Below, piece by piece: positions 39,609-50,026 of a stretch of 64,000 nucleotides of DNA. The notes under the pieces are model-generated. The model saw only the letters and a program-made list of their open reading frames with translations, made no database searches and was not told where the DNA came from. The DNA is from an uncultured bacterium (lineage in GTDB: Bacteria; JAGOEH01), in assembly GCA_964632485.1 (NCBI GenBank), contig CAZWDO010000012.1, positions 1-64,000 on the forward strand. The letters run 5' to 3'. A program made the position numbers and the translations under genes. Every line of letters begins with the position of its first letter. Positions within the stretch are counted from its first letter, which is position 1.

Positions 39609-42422
39609 ATGAAGTTCTGTTTGAGTTTTGGAGTAATTTTGTGCCTGGGGTGGATGCCACTCATTGCCCAGGAGTTTCAAATTAGTGGGCGTTTAATTGA
39701 TGTAGCTGATTCGACTCCCTTAATTGGAGCAAATATCATCCTTAAAAATGAGCAGGACACAACGCGCTATCGCGGAACAAGTTCAGATGAACTGGGTGAA
39801 TTTAAATTTGAGCAACTTTCCTATGGTACTTATGGGATTCATGTGCAGTTTATGGGTTATAAATCTTTGCGAATGAAAGTAGTAACGGATCGCCAGGTTA
39901 AACGATTGGGAATGATAGTCATGGAAGTGGATACGCTGGGTGTCGGTATAGTGAAAGTTGATGGACAGATGATCCATGTCGAACAAAAAGGCGATACTAC
40001 TCAATATAATGCAGAAGCGTATAAAACTAATCCGGATGCAACCGCCGCTGATCTGGTGGTCAAAATGCCGGGAGTTTCCATCGAAAATGGGAAGGTAAAT
40101 GCCCAGGGCGAAGAGGTTAAACGCGTGACGGTTGATGGCAAACCATTTTTTGAGCAGGATCCTCAAATGGCATTGAAAGTATTCCCCGCCGAGGTTATTT
40201 CCCAAATTCAGGTTTTTGACAAATTGAGTGATCAGTCCCAGTTTACTGGTTACGATGATGGCCAGGGGGTAAAAGCCATGAATATCGTCACACGGCCGGG
40301 ACGCAATATCGGGCAGTTCGGCAAAATTTATGGCGGATATGGGCAAAATGATTTTTATCAATTGGGCGGGAGTATCAATTTATTTCAAGGGAAACAGCGG
40401 ATTTCATTGATTGGGATGTCGAATAATATTAATCAGCAAAATTTTGCCATTGATGATCTGCTGGGAGTCCTTGGCGGATCATCTTCGATAGGCAGGGGAT
40501 TTCCCGGTTCGCGCGGGGGGCGCGGTTCTCGTCCGGGAGGGGGACATTCTTCTGTTGGTGAACCCTCGGATTTCATGGTCGGGCAACAAGCCGGAATATC
40601 CAAAACTCACGCAATCGGATTGAATTATACTAATTCATTTAAAGATAAATTGGAAATTGCCGGTAGCTATTTTTTTAATATATCTAATACGGATAATACC
40701 AGTTATCTTTGGCGCGAGTATTTCACTGGTGAAACCGATGCCCAGTATTATGAAGAAAATGGAGATACTCACTACGAAAATTATAATCATCGATTCAATA
40801 TGAAACTGGAATGGAAAATTGATAGCAGCCAGTCCTTTATTCTTAGCCCCCAATTGAATTTGCAGGACAATACGAGTAAGAATCTATATTTTGGAACGAA
40901 TTTTAGCCAATTCAACGAAACAATCAGTTCCTCAGATAACCGTTACAAATCCGACGGGTTAGCTTATAATTTGAGCGGATCGCTGCTTTATCGTCGGAAA
41001 TTTAACAAACGCGGCAGAACGATCTCTCTGAATATCAAGAACCAATTGAATCGGCAGGATAATGATAATTATCTTAACTCGGCTAATCTTTATTTTATTG
41101 ATAATCAATCTAATGTCTTACTCGATCAATTGGGAAATTCTCTTAAAAATGAACGGCAATATGACGCTGATCTTGTTTATACCGAACCTTTAGGAAAAAC
41201 TGGGCAATTGCGAATCAATTATCGCCCTTCATTGCAAAATGGTGATATTGAAAAATTTACGTTTTATTATGATTCTGTGTATCATAATTATCAAATTATC
41301 GATACGATTTTAAGCAATACCTATGAATCGAATTTAGCCGCTCATTATGGAGGGATTAATATGCGGCAAAATATTGGCAATTTGAATATGTCGGTGGAGT
41401 TGGGATTTCAGCAAACTCAATTGAAGGGAGAAGAAACCTTTCCTGAAGTCTTGAAAATCCGGAAAGATTTTCAGGATTGGCTACCTGGGGCCATGCTCCA
41501 ATACAAAGGCGCCGGCAATTTTCAAGCCCGTATGTTTTACCGTACTTCTACGTATTCGCCATCGGTGTCTCAATTGCAAAAGGTTATCGATAATTCTAAT
41601 CCACTTCTGCTCACCAGCGGGAACCCAAATTTGAAGCAAGAATTCCGCCATTCGCTGATGACTCGGCTCTCTTTCAATACTTCAGATCGTACCCAATATC
41701 TTTATCTGTTTATTTATGCAGGAATGACGAAAAATTATATTGCCAATTCCTCATGGATGGCATCTCGTGATACAGTTTTGAATGATGGCACGATTTTATT
41801 CGCAGGGAGCCAGCTCAGTGAGCCTCTAAATCTGTCAGGATATCGCATGCTTCGCACATTTATCAGCTACGGACGTCCGCTGAATTTTCTTAAAACAACC
41901 CTGAATCTGACCCAGGGGCTTTCGTTGCAGCGCTCCCCGGGTTATACGAATAGTATAGAGAATAACACTGATACTTATACTTATACAATCGGAACCGGAT
42001 TGAACAGTAACTTCAGCGAACGAATCGATTTTTCACTGAATTATAACGGAAATTTTAGTTGGGCGCGGAATGACCGTTTTTCCTCTAAAAATACTCATTA
42101 TTACTCACATTCTTTGGGAATTAAAACTAATATTATCGTTGGTAATGGGTGGGTTTTTCGCACTGATTTGGCGCAATCTTACTATTCCGGTTTATCGGAC
42201 GTGTATAATAAAGCGTATTATTTATTTAATTTGGGTTTCGGAAAGAAATTTTTCAAGAAGCAGAATCTGGAACTTTCTCTGATGGTGTTTGATCTGTTTG
42301 GTCAAAATAGCAGTATTTCCAGAATAACTGGCAGCAATTATTATGAAGATACGGAAAACAAAGTCATGGAGCGCTATGTAATGGTGATGCTGACCTGGCA
42401 ATTGCGGAATTTTTATCGTTAA
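39609..42422 (+). CDS. TonB-dependent receptor-like outer membrane beta-barrel protein
   Basis: Signal peptide; carboxypeptidase-regulatory-like domain (ISGRLID..PLIGANI); plug KGDT..YNA..KMPGV; GNPNLKQEF; aromatic C-terminal strand. Confidence 0.88.
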   Translation: MKFCLSFGVILCLGWMPLIAQEFQISGRLIDVADSTPLIGANIILKNEQDTTRYRGTSSDELGEFKFEQLSYGTYGIHVQFMGYKSLRMKVVTDRQVKRLGMIVMEVDTLGVGIVKVDGQMIHVEQKGDTTQYNAEAYKTNPDATAADLVVKMPGVSIENGKVNAQGEEVKRVTVDGKPFFEQDPQMALKVFPAEVISQIQVFDKLSDQSQFTGYDDGQGVKAMNIVTRPGRNIGQFGKIYGGYGQNDFYQLGGSINLFQGKQRISLIGMSNNINQQNFAIDDLLGVLGGSSSIGRGFPGSRGGRGSRPGGGHSSVGEPSDFMVGQQAGISKTHAIGLNYTNSFKDKLEIAGSYFFNISNTDNTSYLWREYFTGETDAQYYEENGDTHYENYNHRFNMKLEWKIDSSQSFILSPQLNLQDNTSKNLYFGTNFSQFNETISSSDNRYKSDGLAYNLSGSLLYRRKFNKRGRTISLNIKNQLNRQDNDNYLNSANLYFIDNQSNVLLDQLGNSLKNERQYDADLVYTEPLGKTGQLRINYRPSLQNGDIEKFTFYYDSVYHNYQIIDTILSNTYESNLAAHYGGINMRQNIGNLNMSVELGFQQTQLKGEETFPEVLKIRKDFQDWLPGAMLQYKGAGNFQARMFYRTSTYSPSVSQLQKVIDNSNPLLLTSGNPNLKQEFRHSLMTRLSFNTSDRTQYLYLFIYAGMTKNYIANSSWMASRDTVLNDGTILFAGSQLSEPLNLSGYRMLRTFISYGRPLNFLKTTLNLTQGLSLQRSPGYTNSIENNTDTYTYTIGTGLNSNFSERIDFSLNYNGNFSWARNDRFSSKNTHYYSHSLGIKTNIIVGNGWVFRTDLAQSYYSGLSDVYNKAYYLFNLGFGKKFFKKQNLELSLMVFDLFGQNSSISRITGSNYYEDTENKVMERYVMVMLTWQLRNFYR

Positions 42423-42506
42423 GTCATTGAAGAGCATGTGGTTGGACGAACTGTTCAGATAGAGGGATACTACAGGATTAGAAAATTTTTTTTGGGTTGA
42501 TGGCTT

Positions 42507-43124
42507 TTAGCGGACGCTTTGTCCGATTGCATCCAGCGCGGCCATGATTTGTGGGATGAAATCGGGTGCGTTAGAATCGTATTGCCAATTAGGCATGACC
42601 AATTTGATCTGTTGGGCCGCCAGCTCGTAATTCTGGGTATAGAAATAGGCGGTAGCCAATGCCCAACGTATATCATCTACATCGATTTCATCATTATACT
42701 CAAAGGCAAAATCGTTCCAGTTGATTTGAGTGGGTTTGAATAGCTGAATAACTTTACTGAAACTGTCCGCAAACGTAAAGGCTAAGATTGCGCCCGCGTG
42801 AATTTCCCGTTTCAGTTCGATTGAGTCAATTGTCATTACAGTGACTAATTGCGCGCTGGAGATGGCCTTATCCAGGCTGTCTACGGCTAAATAACTCCAG
42901 ATCAATCCATTATATGCTGGAAAGTATTGAGTATCGATTTGTTTGGCTTCATTGAATTTTTTAATGGCTCGGCTGTAGCTTTCCCGTTGATAATAACGCC
43001 ATCCGGAACGTGTTGCGCTACGGGCCGTTGGATTAGCAGGTTTTGTCGGACTTTTAGCGCAATTGATCAGCCTGGTTCCGATTAAAGCCGAAATCAGTAT
43101 CATCAGGAAAACTATTCTTTTCAT
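42507..43124 (-). CDS. TPR-containing putative lipoprotein
   Basis: Signal peptide ending at Cys22; GWRYYQ..YSRAIKKFNEA...AYNGLIWSY TPR pattern. Confidence 0.7.
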   Translation of the reverse strand: MKRIVFLMILISALIGTRLINCAKSPTKPANPTARSATRSGWRYYQRESYSRAIKKFNEAKQIDTQYFPAYNGLIWSYLAVDSLDKAISSAQLVTVMTIDSIELKREIHAGAILAFTFADSFSKVIQLFKPTQINWNDFAFEYNDEIDVDDIRWALATAYFYTQNYELAAQQIKLVMPNWQYDSNAPDFIPQIMAALDAIGQSVR

Positions 43125-43142
43125 CTTAAGGATCTCCCTATT

Positions 43143-46100
43143 TTATTTTAAATACAGAATTTTATTGAAAAGATGTTGTTGCCCGGCTATCAGAATATAT
43201 ACGCCACTGGGCAGCCAATGCTGCGGTTTCCAATGAATCGTATGAGCGCCAGCGTTAAAATAACCGCTATAAATTTCGCCGATGCGAATCCCGTTGATAG
43301 TGAACAGTTCAAAGCTAACCTGGTTTGCCCTGCTTAATTTTAGTTCAATCGTCAGGTGATCTGTAAAAGGATTGGGAAATGTGGATATTGAACAATCTTG
43401 ATTGGATAAGATAGGAGTTTCGGATTGGGTTTCTTTTTTAAGCTGATATCGACCGTTTCCGCGCAACAGATATTGTTTGAGCCGTTGATGAGTACCCATC
43501 CATGTCGGTTTGATTGGCAGGAGTGTCTCGCTGTCGGGTAGAATTGTATAGGCGTCATCGATGGTTATCAGAAGTTCAGGAATTTCTGACTGTAATCCAT
43601 GGAGTTCAATCCATAGCGGATCTTCCGTCATTTTATCATCATCGGCTAAACCGCAGGGACCTTGCAAATAACAGGGTGTAGCGTTGTTTTCCACTTGTTT
43701 GATAATGCTGTGCGCGAGAAGGGTCCTCGCTGAGTTCTTTTCAGCCATGATAATCAGGGTCTGTTCAAGAGTTCCCTGGTTTCCCACGCGATCAGCGCCT
43801 GTAGCTTTGACTTGAAGAGCTTGCGTTGAGATAGTGTCAAAATTTATGGAGGTGAAATATAGATAATAGTTCGCATCGGTTTGTTGGACATCGACTGGAG
43901 AACCGTTGATTAAAATAGTGGGATTCTGTTTGAGAGATTCTGTGCTTTGTGTAAAAAGCTTGACGTAATGAGGGAAATTAGCGTTTTGCGCTAAATAAAA
44001 ATGAAACGATGGCGCATGGGTGTCGATATAAAAGAAAAAGCTTTGATTGCAGGATCGGGTAAGGCCTTCCTGATCACGCGCGATTACCCGCCAATAATAA
44101 ATGGTATCGGTTATAAAATAGGCGCTGCTGATGGTGATCGTTGTATCGGTTGTCAATGTATCGAAACTTGCGTCAAAATAAGGGGTTAAACTGAATTGAA
44201 GAGTGTAGGAAACAGCATCGCCGGGATCAGGATCGCTGGTTTTTTTCCATCGAAAAGTAACGGATTGCTGTTTTAGTACAGAATCGGTGGCCGGAGCAAC
44301 GAGATCGAAGCCCAGCGGCGATTGATTAACGGCATTGAGATAGAAAAAATTGGGCTGGAGAGCGTAAGCTATAGCATTTTGCTGGTCATGGACTTGTACG
44401 TCCCAGGCGTACAAATGGTTTTCAAGTAACGTGTTTTTGGTAAAGTTATAAAAAGTATCCTGTAATCCGCCTGCCGAATCCAGAATAATGCTATTTGTGG
44501 AATCCTTTAAATACCAGGTGTAAAGAAGTTGATCATCGGGGTCGCTATCGACGGCTTTATCCCAACTAAATGTCGGATGAGCATTTGTAACAGCGCTGTA
44601 AGTAACGGGAGTAAGAAGTTGAAATGTTTGGGGTGAGTTGTTCCCTAAATTTTTATAAAAGTACCAGCCGTTTTGGTTCGCTGTACGTTTTCCGCCGAAA
44701 CTGTCATACGCTTCGACTGTCCAATAGTTTTTTTGATCTTCCTGCAGGTAGGCGAGTGACATAACGCTGAATGTGTCGGTAATCCCTTCCATCCAAGTGG
44801 ACATCAACCCCGAAGAGCGACCCCAGAGAATGCGATATTTGATGGTATCGCCTGGGTCTTCATCTTGGGCGCGTTGCCAGGAGAAAAAGACCTCACCTTC
44901 CCTGTAAGACGTAGCCGAATCAGGACTCAGCAGATTGAATTCCCGGGGGGAGAGATTGAACTGGTCAAGGAAGAAATAGAGCGGATCGGGTGTTGCATCT
45001 GTATAAAGCCCATAACGATCATAGGCTGTAACCGTCAGATAGTAAGTTTGATTGTCCCCAAGTGTCAAGATCGCCTGAGTGTCAGCGGTGATAATACTAT
45101 CAACCTCTGTAAAAGGCCACGTCATATCCCAGCGGATACAATATCGAACCGTATCCAGAATATCTACATCAGTGGCATGATGATAGCGAATTGGGATTGA
45201 AGTCTGGTTAAAAAACTGGCCATCAGTGGGCGTAAGGATAGTAAATGAGGAGGGAGCCTGGTGATGATAATTTAGATAAAAACTATCGATATTGCTGCTG
45301 CTTTGCTGTAAGCTGCGATCAATTGCGCTTATTCGCCAATAGTAGGCTTTATCATCAGCTAACAAGGTGGTTATTTGGAAAAATGTATCCGAGGTGAGTT
45401 GATATTGATACCCCCCCTCCAAACTAATGGCATCGGAAATTGTCAATTGATAGATGATAGAATCCAATGGATCCGGGTCCCATGACCGATGCCAGCTAAA
45501 GGTGGGAAAACTATCTTCCACTAATGCTGCATAGCGCGGGGCAATGCTGGTGGGCGTGGTTGGCGCTGAGGCAATCTGGTCCAGATAAAAACTGCGCCAT
45601 TGATCACAAAGCCGTGTCATCCCTTCTGGATCCTGCGCGGTTATCCGCCAAAAAAAAAGCTGATTTTCGTAAGCTGGCGGTGTATAACTGTAATACAGGA
45701 GATTGGTCGTATCTTTTTTCAGTAGATTGGTAAAGAACGAATCAATAGCGACTTCAAAAATGTATTGGATCAATTGGCCGTCGGGGTCCATTGAAGCTGA
45801 CCAACTAAATAACTGTCCAGCGCTGCCCAGGGGTAACGTGATCCGATATCGATCGGTGGGGCTGTTGAGCTGAAATGCCGTAGGTTGATTGTCCATGCCG
45901 AAAGCGCGGACGCTTTGAGTGTTCCCGGATTCCGCCCAATTATGATATGCCTTTACCTGGTATTCGTACCACAGTGTGTCATTATAATGACTGACTTGTA
46001 CACTATCAGTAATTGTTGTTGTTGTCGCCGAGACCTGTTTGATCAGATTAAATGCATCTGCTCCGGGGCTTTTGCGGTAGATGCGATAACCCTGAATAAA

Positions 46101-46706
46101 ACCTGAGGGATTATTGCCATGCTGCCATTGCAAGCGCACGATACCGCCATTGTCGCGAGGAGCATCAAGTACAGTCAACTGGCTGGGCCCGGTTGGAGCA
46201 ATTGGATAAATAAAGGGGGCTGAGGTTTCAAAATAATAGGTATGGCCGTTCCTTAAAGAATAGGAGGAAATGCGGGGGACTACTTCCCCGAATGATACTG
46301 TGTCCCGAGGGGTTGTCTTACCGGTTATCCGTATCTGTATCAAACAGAGTGTATCGGAACGGGGAGTTGTTGCGCTTAATGAACCTTCAGCATAGGCCAG
46401 CATACCCTCTTCCAGAATTTGATTACTCAAAATGACGCCATTGTTAAAGTAGTTCCATGGCAAAAAAGGCTGAATACCTGTTTCCGGGTATTGATCGATA
46501 ATTTCTACTAATTGAGAATTGTACTCAAAGTAGCATCCAATCCCGTTTAGATTGCTACTATCCATATCGACTACAATCGCCAATGTGTAGAGCGAATCCT
46601 CATGAGCAGCCCAATTCTCCATGGGTGGCTGAATACTGATTTCGTTCGCCTGAAAACGGCTGAGCAGGAAGAGGATGAAGATAATCCATAGTCTTATATA
46701 TCGCAT
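43143..46706 (-). CDS. 1187-aa T9SS-type secreted protein: cohesin-like domain, FN3, six Ig/FN3-like repeats, sorting domain
   Basis: Signal peptide; NGIGCYFEYNSQLVEIID..GIQPF; repeats P..F.L..P...F.W....D.D..D...Y; FPNPF...NKILYLK. Confidence 0.82.
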   Translation of the reverse strand: MRYIRLWIIFILFLLSRFQANEISIQPPMENWAAHEDSLYTLAIVVDMDSSNLNGIGCYFEYNSQLVEIIDQYPETGIQPFLPWNYFNNGVILSNQILEEGMLAYAEGSLSATTPRSDTLCLIQIRITGKTTPRDTVSFGEVVPRISSYSLRNGHTYYFETSAPFIYPIAPTGPSQLTVLDAPRDNGGIVRLQWQHGNNPSGFIQGYRIYRKSPGADAFNLIKQVSATTTTITDSVQVSHYNDTLWYEYQVKAYHNWAESGNTQSVRAFGMDNQPTAFQLNSPTDRYRITLPLGSAGQLFSWSASMDPDGQLIQYIFEVAIDSFFTNLLKKDTTNLLYYSYTPPAYENQLFFWRITAQDPEGMTRLCDQWRSFYLDQIASAPTTPTSIAPRYAALVEDSFPTFSWHRSWDPDPLDSIIYQLTISDAISLEGGYQYQLTSDTFFQITTLLADDKAYYWRISAIDRSLQQSSSNIDSFYLNYHHQAPSSFTILTPTDGQFFNQTSIPIRYHHATDVDILDTVRYCIRWDMTWPFTEVDSIITADTQAILTLGDNQTYYLTVTAYDRYGLYTDATPDPLYFFLDQFNLSPREFNLLSPDSATSYREGEVFFSWQRAQDEDPGDTIKYRILWGRSSGLMSTWMEGITDTFSVMSLAYLQEDQKNYWTVEAYDSFGGKRTANQNGWYFYKNLGNNSPQTFQLLTPVTYSAVTNAHPTFSWDKAVDSDPDDQLLYTWYLKDSTNSIILDSAGGLQDTFYNFTKNTLLENHLYAWDVQVHDQQNAIAYALQPNFFYLNAVNQSPLGFDLVAPATDSVLKQQSVTFRWKKTSDPDPGDAVSYTLQFSLTPYFDASFDTLTTDTTITISSAYFITDTIYYWRVIARDQEGLTRSCNQSFFFYIDTHAPSFHFYLAQNANFPHYVKLFTQSTESLKQNPTILINGSPVDVQQTDANYYLYFTSINFDTISTQALQVKATGADRVGNQGTLEQTLIIMAEKNSARTLLAHSIIKQVENNATPCYLQGPCGLADDDKMTEDPLWIELHGLQSEIPELLITIDDAYTILPDSETLLPIKPTWMGTHQRLKQYLLRGNGRYQLKKETQSETPILSNQDCSISTFPNPFTDHLTIELKLSRANQVSFELFTINGIRIGEIYSGYFNAGAHTIHWKPQHWLPSGVYILIAGQQHLFNKILYLK

Positions 46707-46715
46707 GGGAACTCC

Positions 46716-49715
46716 TTATTTCATCAACATCATTTTACCCTTGAGCCGGGTCTTTCCCTGGCGGGCATCATAAAAATATATCCCGGTGGGATGGGAATCC
46801 CCCGTTGTCGGAGGCCAGGTAATCTGTATCTTGCCGGAGGGAAGTTCGGGCCATGAGTATTGCTGGACCACTTCGCCTGTCAGGTTGTAAATTGTCAGTT
46901 CCACCTTTTCCCTGTTCAATGCGTTGAGTTGTATCTGGCACTGGGAATTAAATGGATTGGGAAAGAGGGCCAGTGTTAGATCGCGAGTGTCCGTTGTTTC
47001 GCTTTCTTCGCTGTTCACCGCCCTTAAGGGGAGAGAGCAGAGCTGATATGCAGAATCCAAAATTTCAATGGATTGCAAATATTGGCTTTCTTCATTTGGT
47101 AAAGTGAGTAACCAATTTATTGTGTCCTGGCCAGCAGGATCAAGCCGGGCATATACGAACGATTTGTCGGAAGGGGTGATTTTTTCAAAATTGAGAGTCG
47201 AATTCTCGGGGAAGGGTGTTTGTAAAGCGGCTCCGGACCCCGGATAATCCGGGCTGAACCGATATTGGATAGCTTTAACCGACATTGCCTGAATTAACCA
47301 ATACTGATAGTTTCCCTGTATCTGGGTTATCATTAATTGAGGATTTCCTGAAAGAGAAGTTTTAGCTACAGAAGTTTCACCCGTCAAACTGCCATGTTCG
47401 CCGAAGTTGGAAACCAAAATGGAAAAATCGGCAAGATTAATAGCGCCATCATTGTTGAAATCCACACTCCAGCGGGAGCCGCTGGTAATCTCTGATATCG
47501 GGACATTGGAGTTGAAATAATAACAGAGCGTCCCGAAATCAACCAGATTGACAATATTATCATTATTGGCATCCCCACCGCGTAATTCATAGAAAATACT
47601 ACTTTCAATCAGCGTCGTTTTAACAATTCCCTGGGCAATCTTGGAGCCATCTATTGTCAGGGAGGTTTCTCCGGTCAGGAAGCGCGGCTCTTTCACTAAG
47701 ATTATATAGGAACCGATAGGCAGGTGCGGAATTTTGATATAGCCTGGGGCATCGACAGAGCGTGATAAGGGTAAATGCAGGGGAGAATAGGTATTGGCAA
47801 GTGGAAGGCGTGTTGCCGCCGTTAACGCTCGAATGGTATAAACGCCGGCGAAGTTATGGCGTCCCTGAAGTGGGGAATGGACCATCGCCAGATAATTTTT
47901 AACACGCATGTAAAAGGGGATGCCCTGTGAGGGTGTTTCCCGTCGGCTTTGGTCAAGCGCTAAGCTAATACGCGCTTGGCGCTGATCCTGGTCAACTGTA
48001 AAGATCGTGTTGCCGGTCGTGTTTTTACGAGCGACTAAATAGAAAGTGGCAATCCAGCCCGAGCTGTCATTCACTTCGGGCAATTCCTCTAACGATTGCA
48101 ACTTCGTCGTGTCGATGGCTTCACTGTAATCAAGTTGATATCCCTTGATATTATTTTTTTCGGAAATCGCGCCAGTGGTAGCATTGACATTATCGCCATG
48201 CAGATCGTTCTCCAGCACAATTCCCTGGGGAAAGAAATCAGCGGACACAAAAGGTTGCACTCCAGCCTGGTAAGGATCCATATCCAGGGGATAGAAAAAC
48301 GTATCATTAATTGTCGTGTAAAATGAGGCGCCAGTAATGACGGCTGTTTCGCCGACCGGAGGTTTAAGCCAGACCTGTATAGCTAAGGTATCGAATACAG
48401 AAATCAGGCTGTCCGATGGAATCATGACGTAATGAGGAAGAACAAGGCTGTCTCGCGCCATAGCGGCTACCAGGTTGGAACTTAAACTGGTATCGCTGGT
48501 AAAATCGATTGATTTAATAGCGAAATAGTAAGTTGTATGAGGAGTCAATCCAGTAACGCTCCGGGTTTCGATTTCTCCTGCTTGGAGAGGTGTCCAGTTT
48601 TGAGCGTAGGTTAAGGCATTATCGAATTCATCGCCCGTGTAGAATGGATAAGTTTGATATTTTACACAATACTGCTTGACCGAATAGCGATAGGGGTTGT
48701 CTTCCGGCGCCGTCCAGGTTAATTGGACAGAGCCATGCAGCGTTCCAGGGCGGGCTTGCAAATCTGTTATGGCGTCCGGAGCAATATTATCCTCCAACAT
48801 ACGCATATAAACTGTATCCACATTCGAGATTTCACTGGAGTTGTTCGCTTCATCGAGTGTTTTGATAGCCAGGTAATAGACACGGCCACCTAGTAGTGAA
48901 TCCACCAGATAAATAGTATCGGTTTCACCGGGATAACGTGGTAGAGAAGTATAGGGATAAGTAGCGGCCTGATTGAAATTAGCGTTGGTGATAGTGACGG
49001 TTGAGTATTTGATCCGGTATTGATAAGCTCTTCCGTTGGAATAGTCATCTCCTGGAACTGTAAACGTCATGATTGCGCGGTTGCGGCGCGGAATACCAGT
49101 AATGGGATTGATGGAACTATCTTGGCTAACCACCAGATCAGTAATCGCGTTAGGAGAAATGCCGTCTTTTTTAGGTTTGGTGCCTGCTGCAGCGCTGACC
49201 AGTGTCGATGTATCCCGCATACAAACGATTGAGGTGTCGTATTGTGTTCCGGTCGAATTCATTTCGCGCATCCATGCCCAAACTACGGTACGCATCCCGA
49301 AAAAAAAAGTCGTGGCTGAATCAAATGTAATTGGTTGTGTGGTGGGTACGATCAATGTTTGGGTAGTGTCCAGCCCTGCCGGCGTCAGGTTTTGGCTGAT
49401 GGGGGTCGAGGACGACCAGTTAGCGGTAGTAATGGCTTGTGTATAATAACGAATCAAGTAAAATGTTTGCACGCTATCATATTGGGTGGTATCATCCCAT
49501 AGTTTCCCGCCCTTCCAACTTAAACGTATCTGTCCCTGGTAAAGGGGAGTTCCGGCAATATCCAGTGTGTCGGCGGTAAAACTACTTACGGGTGTGATGT
49601 ATGTCAAGGCGCTCAAAATCGGATCATAGGGTGAATTTTTATATTCAAGGCAGTATCCTGAAGAAAATCCACTCATTATGAATAAAACTAAGATGATCCA
49701 CAATCTTTTTGGCAT
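46716..49715 (-). CDS. 999-aa T9SS-type secreted protein: three FN3-like domains, cohesin-like domain, dockerin, sorting domain
   Basis: D..P.AITDL..W/FT.P.D FN3 repeats; GDANNDNIVNLVDF...VDFNNDGAINLADF duplicated Ca-binding loops; FPNPFN...GKMMLMK. Confidence 0.85.
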   Translation of the reverse strand: MPKRLWIILVLFIMSGFSSGYCLEYKNSPYDPILSALTYITPVSSFTADTLDIAGTPLYQGQIRLSWKGGKLWDDTTQYDSVQTFYLIRYYTQAITTANWSSSTPISQNLTPAGLDTTQTLIVPTTQPITFDSATTFFFGMRTVVWAWMREMNSTGTQYDTSIVCMRDTSTLVSAAAGTKPKKDGISPNAITDLVVSQDSSINPITGIPRRNRAIMTFTVPGDDYSNGRAYQYRIKYSTVTITNANFNQAATYPYTSLPRYPGETDTIYLVDSLLGGRVYYLAIKTLDEANNSSEISNVDTVYMRMLEDNIAPDAITDLQARPGTLHGSVQLTWTAPEDNPYRYSVKQYCVKYQTYPFYTGDEFDNALTYAQNWTPLQAGEIETRSVTGLTPHTTYYFAIKSIDFTSDTSLSSNLVAAMARDSLVLPHYVMIPSDSLISVFDTLAIQVWLKPPVGETAVITGASFYTTINDTFFYPLDMDPYQAGVQPFVSADFFPQGIVLENDLHGDNVNATTGAISEKNNIKGYQLDYSEAIDTTKLQSLEELPEVNDSSGWIATFYLVARKNTTGNTIFTVDQDQRQARISLALDQSRRETPSQGIPFYMRVKNYLAMVHSPLQGRHNFAGVYTIRALTAATRLPLANTYSPLHLPLSRSVDAPGYIKIPHLPIGSYIILVKEPRFLTGETSLTIDGSKIAQGIVKTTLIESSIFYELRGGDANNDNIVNLVDFGTLCYYFNSNVPISEITSGSRWSVDFNNDGAINLADFSILVSNFGEHGSLTGETSVAKTSLSGNPQLMITQIQGNYQYWLIQAMSVKAIQYRFSPDYPGSGAALQTPFPENSTLNFEKITPSDKSFVYARLDPAGQDTINWLLTLPNEESQYLQSIEILDSAYQLCSLPLRAVNSEESETTDTRDLTLALFPNPFNSQCQIQLNALNREKVELTIYNLTGEVVQQYSWPELPSGKIQITWPPTTGDSHPTGIYFYDARQGKTRLKGKMMLMK

Positions 49716-49770
49716 GAACCCTTCCTTTGTGTCTTCGGTAATTATAGCAGTTTCAGTGCCACTATTATAT

Positions 49771-49798
49771 TAATCGGAAAAAAAACCGAGGTTCTTTA
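49771..49798 (-). promoter_or_regulatory. Putative sigma-28 (FliA/SigD)-type promoter
   Basis: Minus strand TAAA, 16 nt, TCCGATTA, about 55 nt upstream of the ATG at 49715. Confidence 0.45.
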
Positions 49799-50026
49799 AT
49801 GGTTTTTAAAGAAATTTCAGGTAAGCAGGTCTAATCAACTGAAAATGGGGGGTATCGAAACGGCAAGTATATTATGTTTAGGCATTGCGTCTTTCTGTAT
49901 GGAACACACGCGGCGCACCTGCTTTATTTCCAATTGAATTTTGGAGCATATCCGGATTGAAAAACGTAATGAATTTCTTCATATTTATTCTGAAGCAAGA
50001 AGGTTGATGTGGAACAGAGAAAATAA

